A stretch of DNA of 45,871 nt. Source: a virus. Lineage: Duplodnaviria; Caudoviricetes. Position numbers and translations under genes: made by a program. Below the pieces are notes generated by a model that did not search any database, was not told the origin of the DNA, and saw nothing but the letters and a program-made list of their open reading frames with translations. Shown in pieces: positions 8,505-18,191 of this stretch. The stretch spans positions 1-45,871 of the IMG/VR virus record IMGVR_UViG_3300032257_000025; one strand, 5' to 3'. Each line of letters begins with the position of its first letter. Position 1 is the stretch's first letter.

Positions 8505-9086
8505 TTACCAGGCGCCTTGACGTATCTGCCCGAGTACCCACACACGGAAGTCATAGGGATCTTGGTTATGCTTCGCTTCATTACATGCCACACAAGCCAC
8601 TGTAAGGTTATCTGTGACATTACGACCCCCTCTGGAGAGGGGGTAGATGTGGTCTACGTGGTGATCAGAGTCGTCTACTATTGTTTTGTAGCAGTACGTA
8701 CAGGTCAACGTGGGATACATATCGTAGTGCTTACGGTACATTTCCTGGATATCAGTCAGTGCAAGAACTCCAGGAACTCCGAAGCGCTCAGCCCGCCGAT
8801 TGGAGTTCGCAGCTATGCGGGCCATGCGCCCCCTAGGGGATTCGATATATTTACGGTGAGTGGCGGCTACAGACTCTGCGTTGGCCTTGCAGTACTTGCG
8901 CATGGTTGCAGCCATGACGTGCCTATCTTTGCTGGTCAAGGTTTTTCGCCACGCCTTCCGCCGCGCTTTATGTTTGTCTCTGTTGGCGCTGTAGCGGAGT
9001 CTGCGCCTAGCGAGGCACTCATTGCATGATGGGTGTTTGTACCTACTCTCTATCTTGAGCCCACAAGAGTTGCAGGCGACTAGCAT
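8505..9086 (-). CDS. HNH endonuclease (free-standing, homing type)
   Basis: CTYC..HVDHIYPLSRGG..N...NL..ACVACN..K with an N-terminal CxxC and basic region; lower GC. Confidence 0.9.
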   Translation of the reverse strand: MLVACNSCGLKIESRYKHPSCNECLARRRLRYSANRDKHKARRKAWRKTLTSKDRHVMAATMRKYCKANAESVAATHRKYIESPRGRMARIAANSNRRAERFGVPGVLALTDIQEMYRKHYDMYPTLTCTYCYKTIVDDSDHHVDHIYPLSRGGRNVTDNLTVACVACNEAKHNQDPYDFRVWVLGQIRQGAW

Positions 9087-9802
9087 AACACAAACTGCGG
9101 ATACGGATTATCCTGCTTCTCGCTATCGTAAATTGAAAACGCCTGTGTCCATTTAGGGGCAGGGCCCGCATACTTCATAGCGGGACTGCGAGGGTTGGCA
9201 AGGTAGCCCCCCTCTACAGCGAAGCGTAATCGACCAGCAATCGGCATGGACATAACACCTAGGCGATGTGTATGGCCTTGGTGGATATTACAACCCATCT
9301 CATGTGCCACCTTCAAGGCCTGTGCGGCTGGAAACTTCGACGAGCCGTTGAACTCGTCTCCATGGAGCATCCGCACCTTTTGGCCTTGACCGCAGGGTAC
9401 TAGCACTTTAGTGCGGCCCGCATCCTGCACCCATCTGATACCAAGACTCCCAAGTTCTAGGTAACTAGGTAAGGTTAGTCCGATAAGGCGCAGTGCTGGG
9501 GCCCTGCCCTGGATGTAGTTCTCGTAGCGTGACTCGTGATTACCGCGGATGTATGTAATCTCCGCAGTTTTCGCAGCCTTCCGCAGGTCGCACAGGAACT
9601 CGTAGCCGGAATCCAGTTCTTTACCTAGCTGGTCCTCCCAGCGGGAGTCTTTACGATGCGTCGTTAGAGCGTGTAGGTCCAGAATGTCGCCGTTGAGTAC
9701 GACATGGTCTGGTTTGATTCGTCTGATGGTATCCAGTAGCTTACGGATACCTGACCTGGAGTGGAACGGGAAGTGCAGATCATGGCAAACGACGGTCTTC
9801 AC
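9080..9802 (-). CDS. Calcineurin-like metallophosphoesterase
   Basis: DLH, GDILD, GNHE, HGD and GHTH motifs. Confidence 0.9.
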   Translation of the reverse strand: MKTVVCHDLHFPFHSRSGIRKLLDTIRRIKPDHVVLNGDILDLHALTTHRKDSRWEDQLGKELDSGYEFLCDLRKAAKTAEITYIRGNHESRYENYIQGRAPALRLIGLTLPSYLELGSLGIRWVQDAGRTKVLVPCGQGQKVRMLHGDEFNGSSKFPAAQALKVAHEMGCNIHQGHTHRLGVMSMPIAGRLRFAVEGGYLANPRSPAMKYAGPAPKWTQAFSIYDSEKQDNPYPQFVLC

Positions 9803-9900
9803 ACGCAGGCCTTAACGAGTCCCACAATCACGAGAGCCACTAGGCCCATGAGCTTCTTCGGGTGTGATCGGATGAAGGCGATTACTCGGAGTAGGTCCAT
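9799..9900 (-). CDS. 33-aa leaderless single-TM peptide (MDLLRVIAFIRSHPKKLMGLVALVIVGLVKACV)
   Basis: ATG is 6 nt after TATAAT; GTGA-coupled to the phosphoesterase. Confidence 0.6.
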   Translation of the reverse strand: MDLLRVIAFIRSHPKKLMGLVALVIVGLVKACV

Positions 9901-9906
9901 GTTGGC

Positions 9907-9935
9907 ATTATACTACCTAGCCCTACTCTTTGCAA
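9907..9935 (-). promoter_or_regulatory. sigma70-type promoter TTGCAA-N17-TATAAT
   Basis: Hexamers and spacer read directly. Confidence 0.7.
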
Positions 9936-10302
9936 CCCATCCCCTGACAATGCCTGGCCACTGCTGGAGCGGGGGGAGGAACAACAGAACTGCGCCGAGG
10001 ACCACGACCCACACGATGAGGCGGAAAATCTTGTCACTAAAGCTCTCGTCTTTAGCGCGAAGGATCGAGTTTATCTCGTCGCCGGACAAACCGCTCTGCG
10101 CCAGTGCTATAGCCGGGTCTTCCTCCATGGACTCCTGTGCGGCCGAGCCCCCGATGTGTCCCGCCATAGCACCAACCGCAGCGCCACCCGGACCACCAAC
10201 AGCAGCACCAGCCGCAGCACCAGTAGCAGCACCGAACGGAGGCAGGAGCGAGCAGCCAGTAGCAAAGACGAGAAACAGAGCAAGAAATCGGGAACTACGC
10301 AT
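9913..10302 (-). CDS. Lipoprotein with glycine zipper and C-terminal TM helix; u-spanin-like
   Basis: Signal/lipobox MRSSRFLALFLVFATG-C, GxxxG repeats, C-terminal hydrophobic LIVWVVVLGAVLLFL. Confidence 0.6.
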   Translation of the reverse strand: MRSSRFLALFLVFATGCSLLPPFGAATGAAAGAAVGGPGGAAVGAMAGHIGGSAAQESMEEDPAIALAQSGLSGDEINSILRAKDESFSDKIFRLIVWVVVLGAVLLFLPPLQQWPGIVRGWVAKSRAR

Positions 10303-10588
10303 CGGGCGGGTACTCCAGCTTGAGCGCATCCACTTTCGCCTTATGCGCTGCGGCAGCGGCGGTCGGGTCGTCGTCATGGTTCTTGAGGTAGGTGTTGACG
10401 CGCATTCGGAGCCCGCCAGAGACCCACTCGGTTTGGAGGTCTGCTTGGTCTTGTGTCACTAGTTGTACCATTGGTGTGTTGGTGTTAGAGGACCTGTACG
10501 CCATGGTGGCGGCGAACAGAGCGGCGAGTAGGGTTACAGTCCATATAAGCCTACTCCCCGGCGGGTGCGGGGGTTGCTGAGGCGACAT
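10295..10588 (-). CDS. Small membrane-anchored or secreted protein
   Basis: N-terminal hydrophobic helix LIWTVTLLAALFAATMA. Confidence 0.6.
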   Translation of the reverse strand: MSPQQPPHPPGSRLIWTVTLLAALFAATMAYRSSNTNTPMVQLVTQDQADLQTEWVSGGLRMRVNTYLKNHDDDPTAAAAAHKAKVDALKLEYPPDA

Positions 10589-10814
10589 ACTTAAGAATAC
10601 CTATATCAGTCTCGTGCTCGGCAACCTGGGCTTCCAGGGCGTCGAAGCGGTCAGCCACGGCCTCGAAGGCAGCCGCTGTAGACTGTGTGACCTGTAGATG
10701 TTCGGCAGTGCGTCTGTTGTCGTCGTGCACGTACAGGAAGCCGACTAGCATGAATAGCAGTGTAGGGGCGTAGTCGGCAAAGCGCTTTACTCGGGGGGTG
10801 GCGGCGGGGCTCAT
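10551..10814 (-). CDS. Single-TM protein with coiled coil, holin-like candidate
   Basis: TM segment LLFMLVGFLYV followed by a heptad-like stretch; ATGA coupling. Confidence 0.55.
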   Translation of the reverse strand: MSPAATPRVKRFADYAPTLLFMLVGFLYVHDDNRRTAEHLQVTQSTAAAFEAVADRFDALEAQVAEHETDIGILKYVASATPAPAGE

Positions 10815-13800
10815 AGGTTTCTAGCGTGTTGTTTCGCGAGTTCGGTCAGTGCCTTAGCCTCGGCACGCAACTCGCGACGGTAGTCGAGGTCCTGGGTCAG
10901 CTCTGCGCGTCGTTCCATGTCCCTGATAAGCCTGTTATAACGACCTTCCAAGGCGCGCTGCATTGCCTTGGGCCTGTTCGACTTCGTGCCCAGGACGTTG
11001 CCCTCCAGGAGCTTGGTCAGTGGAGTCGTCTCCCCAAGGGGATCGCCCGGGTCGAACGCGAACCTCGAAATCCAGAACGCGTCGCTGGCTTCCTGGATAG
11101 CCGTAGTCCGCTCGTCGCCGTCGAAGGCACTGAACAGAATCTTACCCGGGGAGCCGACCGTGAAGGGTTGCTCGGTACCACGGTTCAGGGATTCTTGCTG
11201 TGCTGCGGCGAAGCCTGTACCCCCGAACAGTTCGTTCAGTTCCGAGCCGGTGCCCAGGACAATCTCGCCCGCAGCCTCGACCAGCTTGATGGCCTCCAGG
11301 TTCGGGTTCAGGCGGGTCAGGTCGATGCGCCTACTAAATGGTACATTCAGCTCCATGCGGCCGTTGTTCTCGCGCAGGGGCGAACCGCTCTCGGCTTCAG
11401 CGCTGCGCATGAGCTGGGCGCCTCGGCTGAACGTGGCCGGGTTCTCGGCGAAGTGCTTGTAGGCGAACGGCAGGTAGTGACGCGGGAACGTGTAGTAAGT
11501 GAACGCACGCTTCATGACGTTGCGCTCGAACTTGGTCACGTTGCTATAGTTGACCATGGCGAGCTTAGCATTCGCTACGGCCTGGTCGAGGGGAACGCCC
11601 TGACGGAGCTGGCCGAACACGGCCATTGTACGGGCGTAAATCTCTGTCGCCTCCCCCAGGTCCTGGCCTTTCTGGCCCAGGAACTTTTTGGCCTTACCTA
11701 GCTTGCTCGTGTCCAGCGCCTGCTTCCGGATGAACTCTTGCGCGATGCTGGTCTTGCTGGAGCCCTTCAGGCCCTGGCTGATGAAGGTTCCGTACAGGCC
11801 ACCGTCACCGAAGGCCTGGATGATCTCGCCCACGTCGTAGCTCTGGCCGCCTGCATGGAACAACAGGTCCTCGGCTTCGAGACCGAACTCCTTCATGACT
11901 GCGCGCTCAGGCTTCACGGCTAGGTCGAGGTCCTTACCGCCAGCCCTGCGCGAAGCCCTGGCGACCCAGCCGACCCGCCCACCCTTGGGCGTGCCGATGT
12001 ACATGCCTACCTTGTTGTAGACCTTGGCTACGTTCTTGTCTCCGGTCAGGAAGCGTATGGCGTCCATGTTGGCGGCCATGATGTTGACCGGGGACACACC
12101 CAGGGCAGCAGTCTGGAACTGTGCGGAGCCGACGTTGAAGAAGTGGAACGCAGGTCGTGATACCGTCTGCCAGCGCTTGATGTGGTTGTTCACCGTATCG
12201 AACGTTGAGGCCAGCGCGTGCGAGTGCTCGTACTGGGCGCTGAGGGCACCGAACATGCCGCGCACTGCCTGCTCGTCGCCGAGAATGATGTGCTCGTCTA
12301 CCAGGCTATCGAGCAGGGCCTCGGTTGCGGAGGGGTCGTCCACCAGGTCTGCTGGTGAGAGCTTACCCTTGCTGGCCCGGAGTGCGAAGGCGTTGGCAGT
12401 GGCATCGACCGACTCGCCCTCGAAGCCAGGCACCACAGCACGGTCGCGCTTACCGAGCTTGGCCACGATCATGTGGTCGCCGAGCACAGACTTGGGCACG
12501 AAATGCTCCTTGCCGCGATGGTCCTGGAGCACGAATCCGCTGGTCTCGGTGTCGAGAACGCTTCGCTTCAGGTCTACTGATTGCTCTAAGCCCTTACCTG
12601 CGCCGACTTTAGCGGCTTTCTGCACCGAGCCAATCTCGACCTTACGCCCCGAAGCCATGACCCGGTGCGTTACACGGCCAGCCATAGCGGCGCCCGACTC
12701 GGATAGGGCATCGAGCGAATCCTCGAAGAACTGCACCGAGGCGTCACGTTGTTTGGCCTGGCCTAGGCGCGACACCATGATGTTGATGGGACTGGTCTCG
12801 AAGCGGCCCAGCTTGAGCCCGTTCCGTTTCGCTACCTCATCGAGCTTGGCGGCGATCTCGGGGTTCTGCTTGCGGAGGGCGTTGCGCAGGTCGTTCAGTT
12901 CCTCCAGGCTCATGTTGTTAGCACTGCGCGCGAAGCTGGAACTGAGTTGCGGCAGGATGTCCTGTAGCGTTTCCTGTACGATGTCGCTTTGCAGTACGTC
13001 GTCCACGATGGCCGAGTCCTGGTGCGACATGATGCGGCCGATGTAGGCGATACCAGAGCTGGGGGCGAGCAGGCCATGGCGCACAGCCTCGGCCGTGATC
13101 TTGGACTGCTGTTCGCGCAGGAACTTGAAGGTGCCTTGGGCGTCTTTGCCTAGCGCGTCGAGGAGCATAGCATCGGCTGCGCGCCCCAGGTCATTGGCGG
13201 CACCGATGCCGAACTCGACAGCGGCAGGGCTGAGCACACCAGTGCTGGTGGTGCGTCGGAGTTCGGTGCCCATGGCTAACATCTTACCGATGGCCAGCTC
13301 GAAGCCGTCTAGGCCTGCAAGTGCTGGGCCCAGGTCAGTCTCGATCTCGGCGAAGGTTTGGCTCGGGATGCGCGGGTCACTCGGCGTAACCTCAGTCGGG
13401 CGTGGTTTCTTAGCCTGGAACGTCTCGGCTCCGGTGCGGCGTGCCTCCAGTACCTCGGTGATGCGGCTGTAGTCGTCCTGGTCGAGCGCGTCTAGGTTCC
13501 GCGTATCGAACTCGCCTTTCTTGGTACCCTTCCGGAGCAGGGTCTCGCGGCGCTTCGTGAGCTGCTGGTCGTTCACATAGCCCAGGTACCGGCCCTTGAG
13601 GGGCCCGCGTGATAGAAAGTGCGAGTTGGCATCGAAGCCATCTGGCTTGGGTAGGTCACCGCGCACCCGGACCTCACCCAGCTCATCGAACTTCGACGTG
13701 AACCTCGACAAGTCGGACAGGTTCGTCATCTGCCCCTCCATGACATCGGCAAGCTGCTTCAGTCCTGGGGTGCTCTTGCCGCCACGGGCCATGGCGATGA

Positions 13801-15289
13801 AAGTCTTGGCCGCACTGGTCATGCGCAGGGCCGAACTGACCAGGTTATTACCGAAGCTCGATGCAGCGTCGGGCTGGTTCCGGGCCACGTCCTTGAGCGC
13901 CACCAGGTCCTCGTTGTGGGCACTGAACTGGAGGTAGTTCAGGTACAGGCTCTCCAGGTCCTCGGGTGGCATCCCGAGCTTGGCCGCATCCTTGGCGATC
14001 AGGTCCGAGCCGTCGATCATGAGCTGGCGCAGTGCCTCGGTGTTCCGCGCCGTGATGTCGTTGATAGTGGCCTGCGACTTAATGAGGTCGTCGAGGCCCG
14101 CATCAGAGCGGAACATGCTGGTGTACACAGACTTCAGCTTCCGGCCGAACGCGAACGACTTGGATCCAGCGCGTTTCCCGGTCTCGGATAGGTGTCGCTG
14201 TGTGGCCTCGTCTACCAGCTTCGACGAGTTGCGCTCGTACTGGGCGACGAAGTTGTCGATGTCTGCGCGGCTCAGGTCCTCTAGGGATTCCTTGCCGGTC
14301 GCGCGCAGGAGCAGGTTCTGCATCTTCTCGTCGCCGGAGCGGCCACGCACAGCCTCGAACAGCTCCTCGGCGCTGTCACCGGCTGCTGCGATTTGCTCCT
14401 TACGCGGGCCCGTGATTCGGGCGTAGAGCGAACCCATGTCCGGGTGCGCCAGGTCCTTGTTCACGGCGCCGGACAGGCCCTCGGCACTGAGGCCCGAGTG
14501 CGGCTTGGTGCCGAGCTTGATGCCTGCACCCGCGTCTGCCACCGAACGTACCGCTGCGCGCAGGACAGGAACCCGCATACCAGGGCCCATGAGCACACGC
14601 CCCGCCAACTTGGCGCCAGGCGTCTTCGAGCCGATGAGCCCGAACCAGGAGCCGTGGTCAGTATGTACTGGGCGCGTGAGCTTTCCGAAGTCCACGAGCA
14701 GGGGCAGGCCGATGCGGAGTTCGCGCTCGGAACTCTTAGCCACGGCCTGTGCGACCAGTTCCTCGGGGTCGAACTTGGGCAGCTCTGCCTTGGCCTGGTT
14801 CAGGATCGATCGTTGTTTCCGTGCGAGGCCGGGCTTTGCTAGGGCGTCGTCGATGTGCCCGGCTAGGGCCTTGTTCGTGAGCTGTGGTGCCTTCGATGCC
14901 TTGATGGCGTTCTTGACAGGCAGGACGTTCCGGGCTTTCCCTACTCGGGCGCCTGACTTGCCTAGAGCACTGACGCCGCCACCTAGAAACGAGATAGGGT
15001 CTGTCGCGATACCGACACCGAGCTGTGCCGCGAAGCCGTCGGGGTCGAGCCCCAGTACGTCTCCAGTGGCCTGGCTAAAGCGCTGCACCTGCTCCTTGGC
15101 ACCTACGTCCTGCCTGTCCGAGTCGAAGATACCCAGGCCCGGGATCAGGGAAGCGTCCGCGAACCCCTCCTCGTCGAAGAAGTCCACGTCAGGGTCCTGG
15201 ATAACACGAAGCAGCCTGAAGATGGCCTGCTGCGGAAGCCCGAAGCTGCTGTTCCAGAATCGCTCGAAGCCCTCGAAGAAGCCTGGCAC
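10811..15289 (-). CDS. Large internal virion (DNA ejection) protein
   Basis: 1492 aa, helical and Ala/Gly-rich, last of three genes after the tail genes. The C-terminal NYSNVTKFERNVMKRAFTYYTF pattern is typical of podovirus ejection proteins. Confidence 0.7.
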   Translation of the reverse strand: MPGFFEGFERFWNSSFGLPQQAIFRLLRVIQDPDVDFFDEEGFADASLIPGLGIFDSDRQDVGAKEQVQRFSQATGDVLGLDPDGFAAQLGVGIATDPISFLGGGVSALGKSGARVGKARNVLPVKNAIKASKAPQLTNKALAGHIDDALAKPGLARKQRSILNQAKAELPKFDPEELVAQAVAKSSERELRIGLPLLVDFGKLTRPVHTDHGSWFGLIGSKTPGAKLAGRVLMGPGMRVPVLRAAVRSVADAGAGIKLGTKPHSGLSAEGLSGAVNKDLAHPDMGSLYARITGPRKEQIAAAGDSAEELFEAVRGRSGDEKMQNLLLRATGKESLEDLSRADIDNFVAQYERNSSKLVDEATQRHLSETGKRAGSKSFAFGRKLKSVYTSMFRSDAGLDDLIKSQATINDITARNTEALRQLMIDGSDLIAKDAAKLGMPPEDLESLYLNYLQFSAHNEDLVALKDVARNQPDAASSFGNNLVSSALRMTSAAKTFIAMARGGKSTPGLKQLADVMEGQMTNLSDLSRFTSKFDELGEVRVRGDLPKPDGFDANSHFLSRGPLKGRYLGYVNDQQLTKRRETLLRKGTKKGEFDTRNLDALDQDDYSRITEVLEARRTGAETFQAKKPRPTEVTPSDPRIPSQTFAEIETDLGPALAGLDGFELAIGKMLAMGTELRRTTSTGVLSPAAVEFGIGAANDLGRAADAMLLDALGKDAQGTFKFLREQQSKITAEAVRHGLLAPSSGIAYIGRIMSHQDSAIVDDVLQSDIVQETLQDILPQLSSSFARSANNMSLEELNDLRNALRKQNPEIAAKLDEVAKRNGLKLGRFETSPINIMVSRLGQAKQRDASVQFFEDSLDALSESGAAMAGRVTHRVMASGRKVEIGSVQKAAKVGAGKGLEQSVDLKRSVLDTETSGFVLQDHRGKEHFVPKSVLGDHMIVAKLGKRDRAVVPGFEGESVDATANAFALRASKGKLSPADLVDDPSATEALLDSLVDEHIILGDEQAVRGMFGALSAQYEHSHALASTFDTVNNHIKRWQTVSRPAFHFFNVGSAQFQTAALGVSPVNIMAANMDAIRFLTGDKNVAKVYNKVGMYIGTPKGGRVGWVARASRRAGGKDLDLAVKPERAVMKEFGLEAEDLLFHAGGQSYDVGEIIQAFGDGGLYGTFISQGLKGSSKTSIAQEFIRKQALDTSKLGKAKKFLGQKGQDLGEATEIYARTMAVFGQLRQGVPLDQAVANAKLAMVNYSNVTKFERNVMKRAFTYYTFPRHYLPFAYKHFAENPATFSRGAQLMRSAEAESGSPLRENNGRMELNVPFSRRIDLTRLNPNLEAIKLVEAAGEIVLGTGSELNELFGGTGFAAAQQESLNRGTEQPFTVGSPGKILFSAFDGDERTTAIQEASDAFWISRFAFDPGDPLGETTPLTKLLEGNVLGTKSNRPKAMQRALEGRYNRLIRDMERRAELTQDLDYRRELRAEAKALTELAKQHARNL

Positions 15290-17475
15290 TATCGCTCCCC
15301 TAGGATTTGGGCAGTGAGTTCCTGGACCAGGTTCTTCTCGGTGAACTCTGGGCCGTAGGATTTGGCGGGCAGGCCACCAGCTAGGACTTGCTGCTCGACT
15401 TTCGCGCGCACCTCTTGGTACTCGGCGAGCTGGTCCAGGAGCACGTTGCGCATGATACGGACCTCGTCAGGGGTCCGGCCTTCAGTCTTGAGGATGGCAC
15501 CTACGTTGGTCTGGAGCAGCTCGACAGCGGCATCCACGAAATCGGCAGGATCGCTCTCGGTGCCAGCCTTACGCTGGAACGTCTCGGTACCTTGTGCACC
15601 GCCCTGTAGCCCTGACGACTTGATGTGGTCCTCGATGAGGCGAAGGACAGGCCCAGGATCGGTGCCGCCCTCCTCACCTAGTATCTCGACAAAGTTACCC
15701 ATCAGCCCGGACGTGGCCTGACGCGTGTCAGCCTCCAGGATGCGGCGCTGGAGGTCTAGCTTCTGGGCCTGCATATCTTCGATACGGAACTGGTCCTCGA
15801 AGGATGGGTTCCGCATTCGTTCGTCTAGGGCCTTGATTTCGGCCTGTGCTTCTTCGGCCTCGCCCGGGTTGCCGAAGATGCTGGCACGGAGCTGGGGTGA
15901 GGTTGCCTCGAAGGTGGGTGGCTCTGGCACGGTAGCACGCCGTTGCAGGAACTCACCCTGCGAGCCTGCCCCGGCGGTACGCTCTGTGCGTAGCGTGCTG
16001 TGCCTGGCTAACGCATTCTCGAACTTGCCGAACGTGGCGTTGAGGGTGGTGAGCCCCGAGCCGAACACATCGTCCTTGGCCTCGACCCGCTCCGCTTCAG
16101 CACTGAATGAACTCATGCTGGCACGGCGTTGGCGAACTGCGCCCTCAATACTGCCCTTGAACGACTTATCGAAGCCGTCGAAGAAGCCTGTCTGTGCCGA
16201 CTCGCCCAGGACGTACAGGTCCTTGAGGCTGTAGCCGCCTAGGCCCTCGGGCGTGCCTAACCTGAAGCGGGCTCGGCTCAGTACATCAGTATCACCCTGC
16301 AAGTTACCGGCCTCGTCCAACGAGAGGCCGTTCACGTCGTAGTCCTGGAGACCTAGCAGATCCGCAGCAATCGGGTTCTGGGCCTGGAGGTTCGTGATGG
16401 CCTGCGTGATTCTGGTCTGCTCCGGGTGCAGTACCGTGATACGTTTCTGCGCATCCTCGATACCCCTCTTGAGCGGCCCCAGGTCAATACCTGCCACGCG
16501 CGCCGCCTCGCCCGAGTCACGGCGAATGAAGGTCTTAGCACTGCCGCTCGACAGGGCTTCTGCGTCTTGACCCTGGATGTCGCGCAGGACCTCTAGTGCG
16601 GGCCCGTCGAGTTCATCCAAGATGGCCGGGTCGGTGCGGGATAGGAGCATCGCCTCGTCCACCTGTTTCTCGGTGTCCACGAAGGCCTGTTCGCGCTCGA
16701 CAGAGGTGCGCACGGTCGGGTTGGTCTCGGCCGAGTACGCGGCTAGTCCTGCGGCGGCATCGGATTCGAGGGTTAGTGCGATGTCACTGGACTTCGCACG
16801 GGTCTGGACGGCACGGACCAGGATCTGTGTAGATTCCAGGGCTCGGAGCTGGGCAGTCTTCTGAGCGCCGGTAAGGTTCGGGTTCGAGGAGATGTCCTGG
16901 CGTGCTACATCGACCTGGGCCTGCGCATCGGCTACATCGTCGCCGGAGACAGCATCTTGGGCGGCCAAGCTAGTGACTAGGTTCTGAACGCTGGCAACGG
17001 TATCGTCGGCATTCTGGACAGCCTCCTCCTCGGCGCGCTCCTTGAGCAGGGCGGAACCCTCGGCCTCGGCGAGCTGGTTCTGGTCCATGGCTGCGGCCTC
17101 GTCGGGGGTCGTGCGGCCTGATGCCACGAGCCGTTGTCGGGCAGCGTCGAGCATGGCCTCGTCGCCCTTGCGCTCGGCAACCTTGGCGCGGAGATTAGAC
17201 CGGCTGGCCTCGAAGGCTTCGGTGTCTAGGCCCTCGACGGATTTGCGCCCGCCCAGGGTCGCCAGGTCGTTCTCGTCTACGAACCCTAGCGCGATGTCGG
17301 ACTGGAGTAAGGTCTGGTTGCGTGCGGCAGCGTCGGCCTTCTCGCGGCGTTGTGCCAGGCCTCGCACGAACTGGCCCAGGTTGTCACGGCCTGTGATCTG
17401 GTCCGTGGCGCCAAGCCCGAAAGCAGCACCTAGGTCGCCCAGTGCGCGAAGTCCGTTGTTGTCTTTGTCAGCCAT
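15289..17475 (-). CDS. Internal virion / ejection protein
   Basis: 728-aa acidic helical protein; synteny. Confidence 0.6.
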   Translation of the reverse strand: MADKDNNGLRALGDLGAAFGLGATDQITGRDNLGQFVRGLAQRREKADAAARNQTLLQSDIALGFVDENDLATLGGRKSVEGLDTEAFEASRSNLRAKVAERKGDEAMLDAARQRLVASGRTTPDEAAAMDQNQLAEAEGSALLKERAEEEAVQNADDTVASVQNLVTSLAAQDAVSGDDVADAQAQVDVARQDISSNPNLTGAQKTAQLRALESTQILVRAVQTRAKSSDIALTLESDAAAGLAAYSAETNPTVRTSVEREQAFVDTEKQVDEAMLLSRTDPAILDELDGPALEVLRDIQGQDAEALSSGSAKTFIRRDSGEAARVAGIDLGPLKRGIEDAQKRITVLHPEQTRITQAITNLQAQNPIAADLLGLQDYDVNGLSLDEAGNLQGDTDVLSRARFRLGTPEGLGGYSLKDLYVLGESAQTGFFDGFDKSFKGSIEGAVRQRRASMSSFSAEAERVEAKDDVFGSGLTTLNATFGKFENALARHSTLRTERTAGAGSQGEFLQRRATVPEPPTFEATSPQLRASIFGNPGEAEEAQAEIKALDERMRNPSFEDQFRIEDMQAQKLDLQRRILEADTRQATSGLMGNFVEILGEEGGTDPGPVLRLIEDHIKSSGLQGGAQGTETFQRKAGTESDPADFVDAAVELLQTNVGAILKTEGRTPDEVRIMRNVLLDQLAEYQEVRAKVEQQVLAGGLPAKSYGPEFTEKNLVQELTAQILGER

Positions 17476-17477
17476 GT

Positions 17478-18191
17478 CTAGCCTCCGAACGACCTCGTAG
17501 AGTCGATGATGTCCTGGCTGAACTCGAAGCCGCCGTCGTTACCCGAGCCGAATAGCGGCGCTAGGAACTCGTTGAACGCGCCCCGGTCCTCGTCGCTCAG
17601 TTCGCCTAGCCCGGACAGAAGGCCTCCGATACCGCCGAACAAGGCAGTGTCTGGGCCCTGGTCCTGGAGCGGCATACCAGCAATCTGGCCAGCAGCCTGG
17701 GTCTGGATAGACGCGGCCCGGGAAGCACCCTCAGTACGAATCGCGCCGGACTGTTGCAGGAGCTGGGCGCGCAGTGCCAGGTTAGCCTGCGTGCGCTGGA
17801 TGCGTGCATTCTCCGAGGCGCCCAATCCCTGTGATGACAGAAGCCGTTGTAAGATGTTTCCCGCACGTCGCTGGCCCGTAAGTGCACCGCCAGTGCTCGA
17901 CGCCCGCACCGACTCGGCCTCGGCCTGCTGCCGGACACCAGTGCTGATGGCCTCGCGCAGGATAGGGCTCCGCAGATCTTGCGTAGTCTCCGCGATGCGC
18001 TCCAGGGGGGCGGCAGCAGCACGGGACTGGTCCAGGACCAAGGCACTGGCGGCGGCAGCGGTCTGCTTCAGTTCGCGCTTCCGGCGCCTGAGTTCGGCGT
18101 TGGCCTTGCGTCGGGCTTTCCGCTCCGAACGTCCGGCAAAAATACCCGAACCTAAGCCGAGCGCTAGTTGGGCACCTGCGATGATAGCCAT
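17478..18191 (-). CDS. Small ejection (pilot) protein
   Basis: Gly-rich hydrophobic N-terminus, Ala/Gln-rich helices and a Gly-rich C-terminal patch. Confidence 0.65.
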   Translation of the reverse strand: MAIIAGAQLALGLGSGIFAGRSERKARRKANAELRRRKRELKQTAAAASALVLDQSRAAAAPLERIAETTQDLRSPILREAISTGVRQQAEAESVRASSTGGALTGQRRAGNILQRLLSSQGLGASENARIQRTQANLALRAQLLQQSGAIRTEGASRAASIQTQAAGQIAGMPLQDQGPDTALFGGIGGLLSGLGELSDEDRGAFNEFLAPLFGSGNDGGFEFSQDIIDSTRSFGG

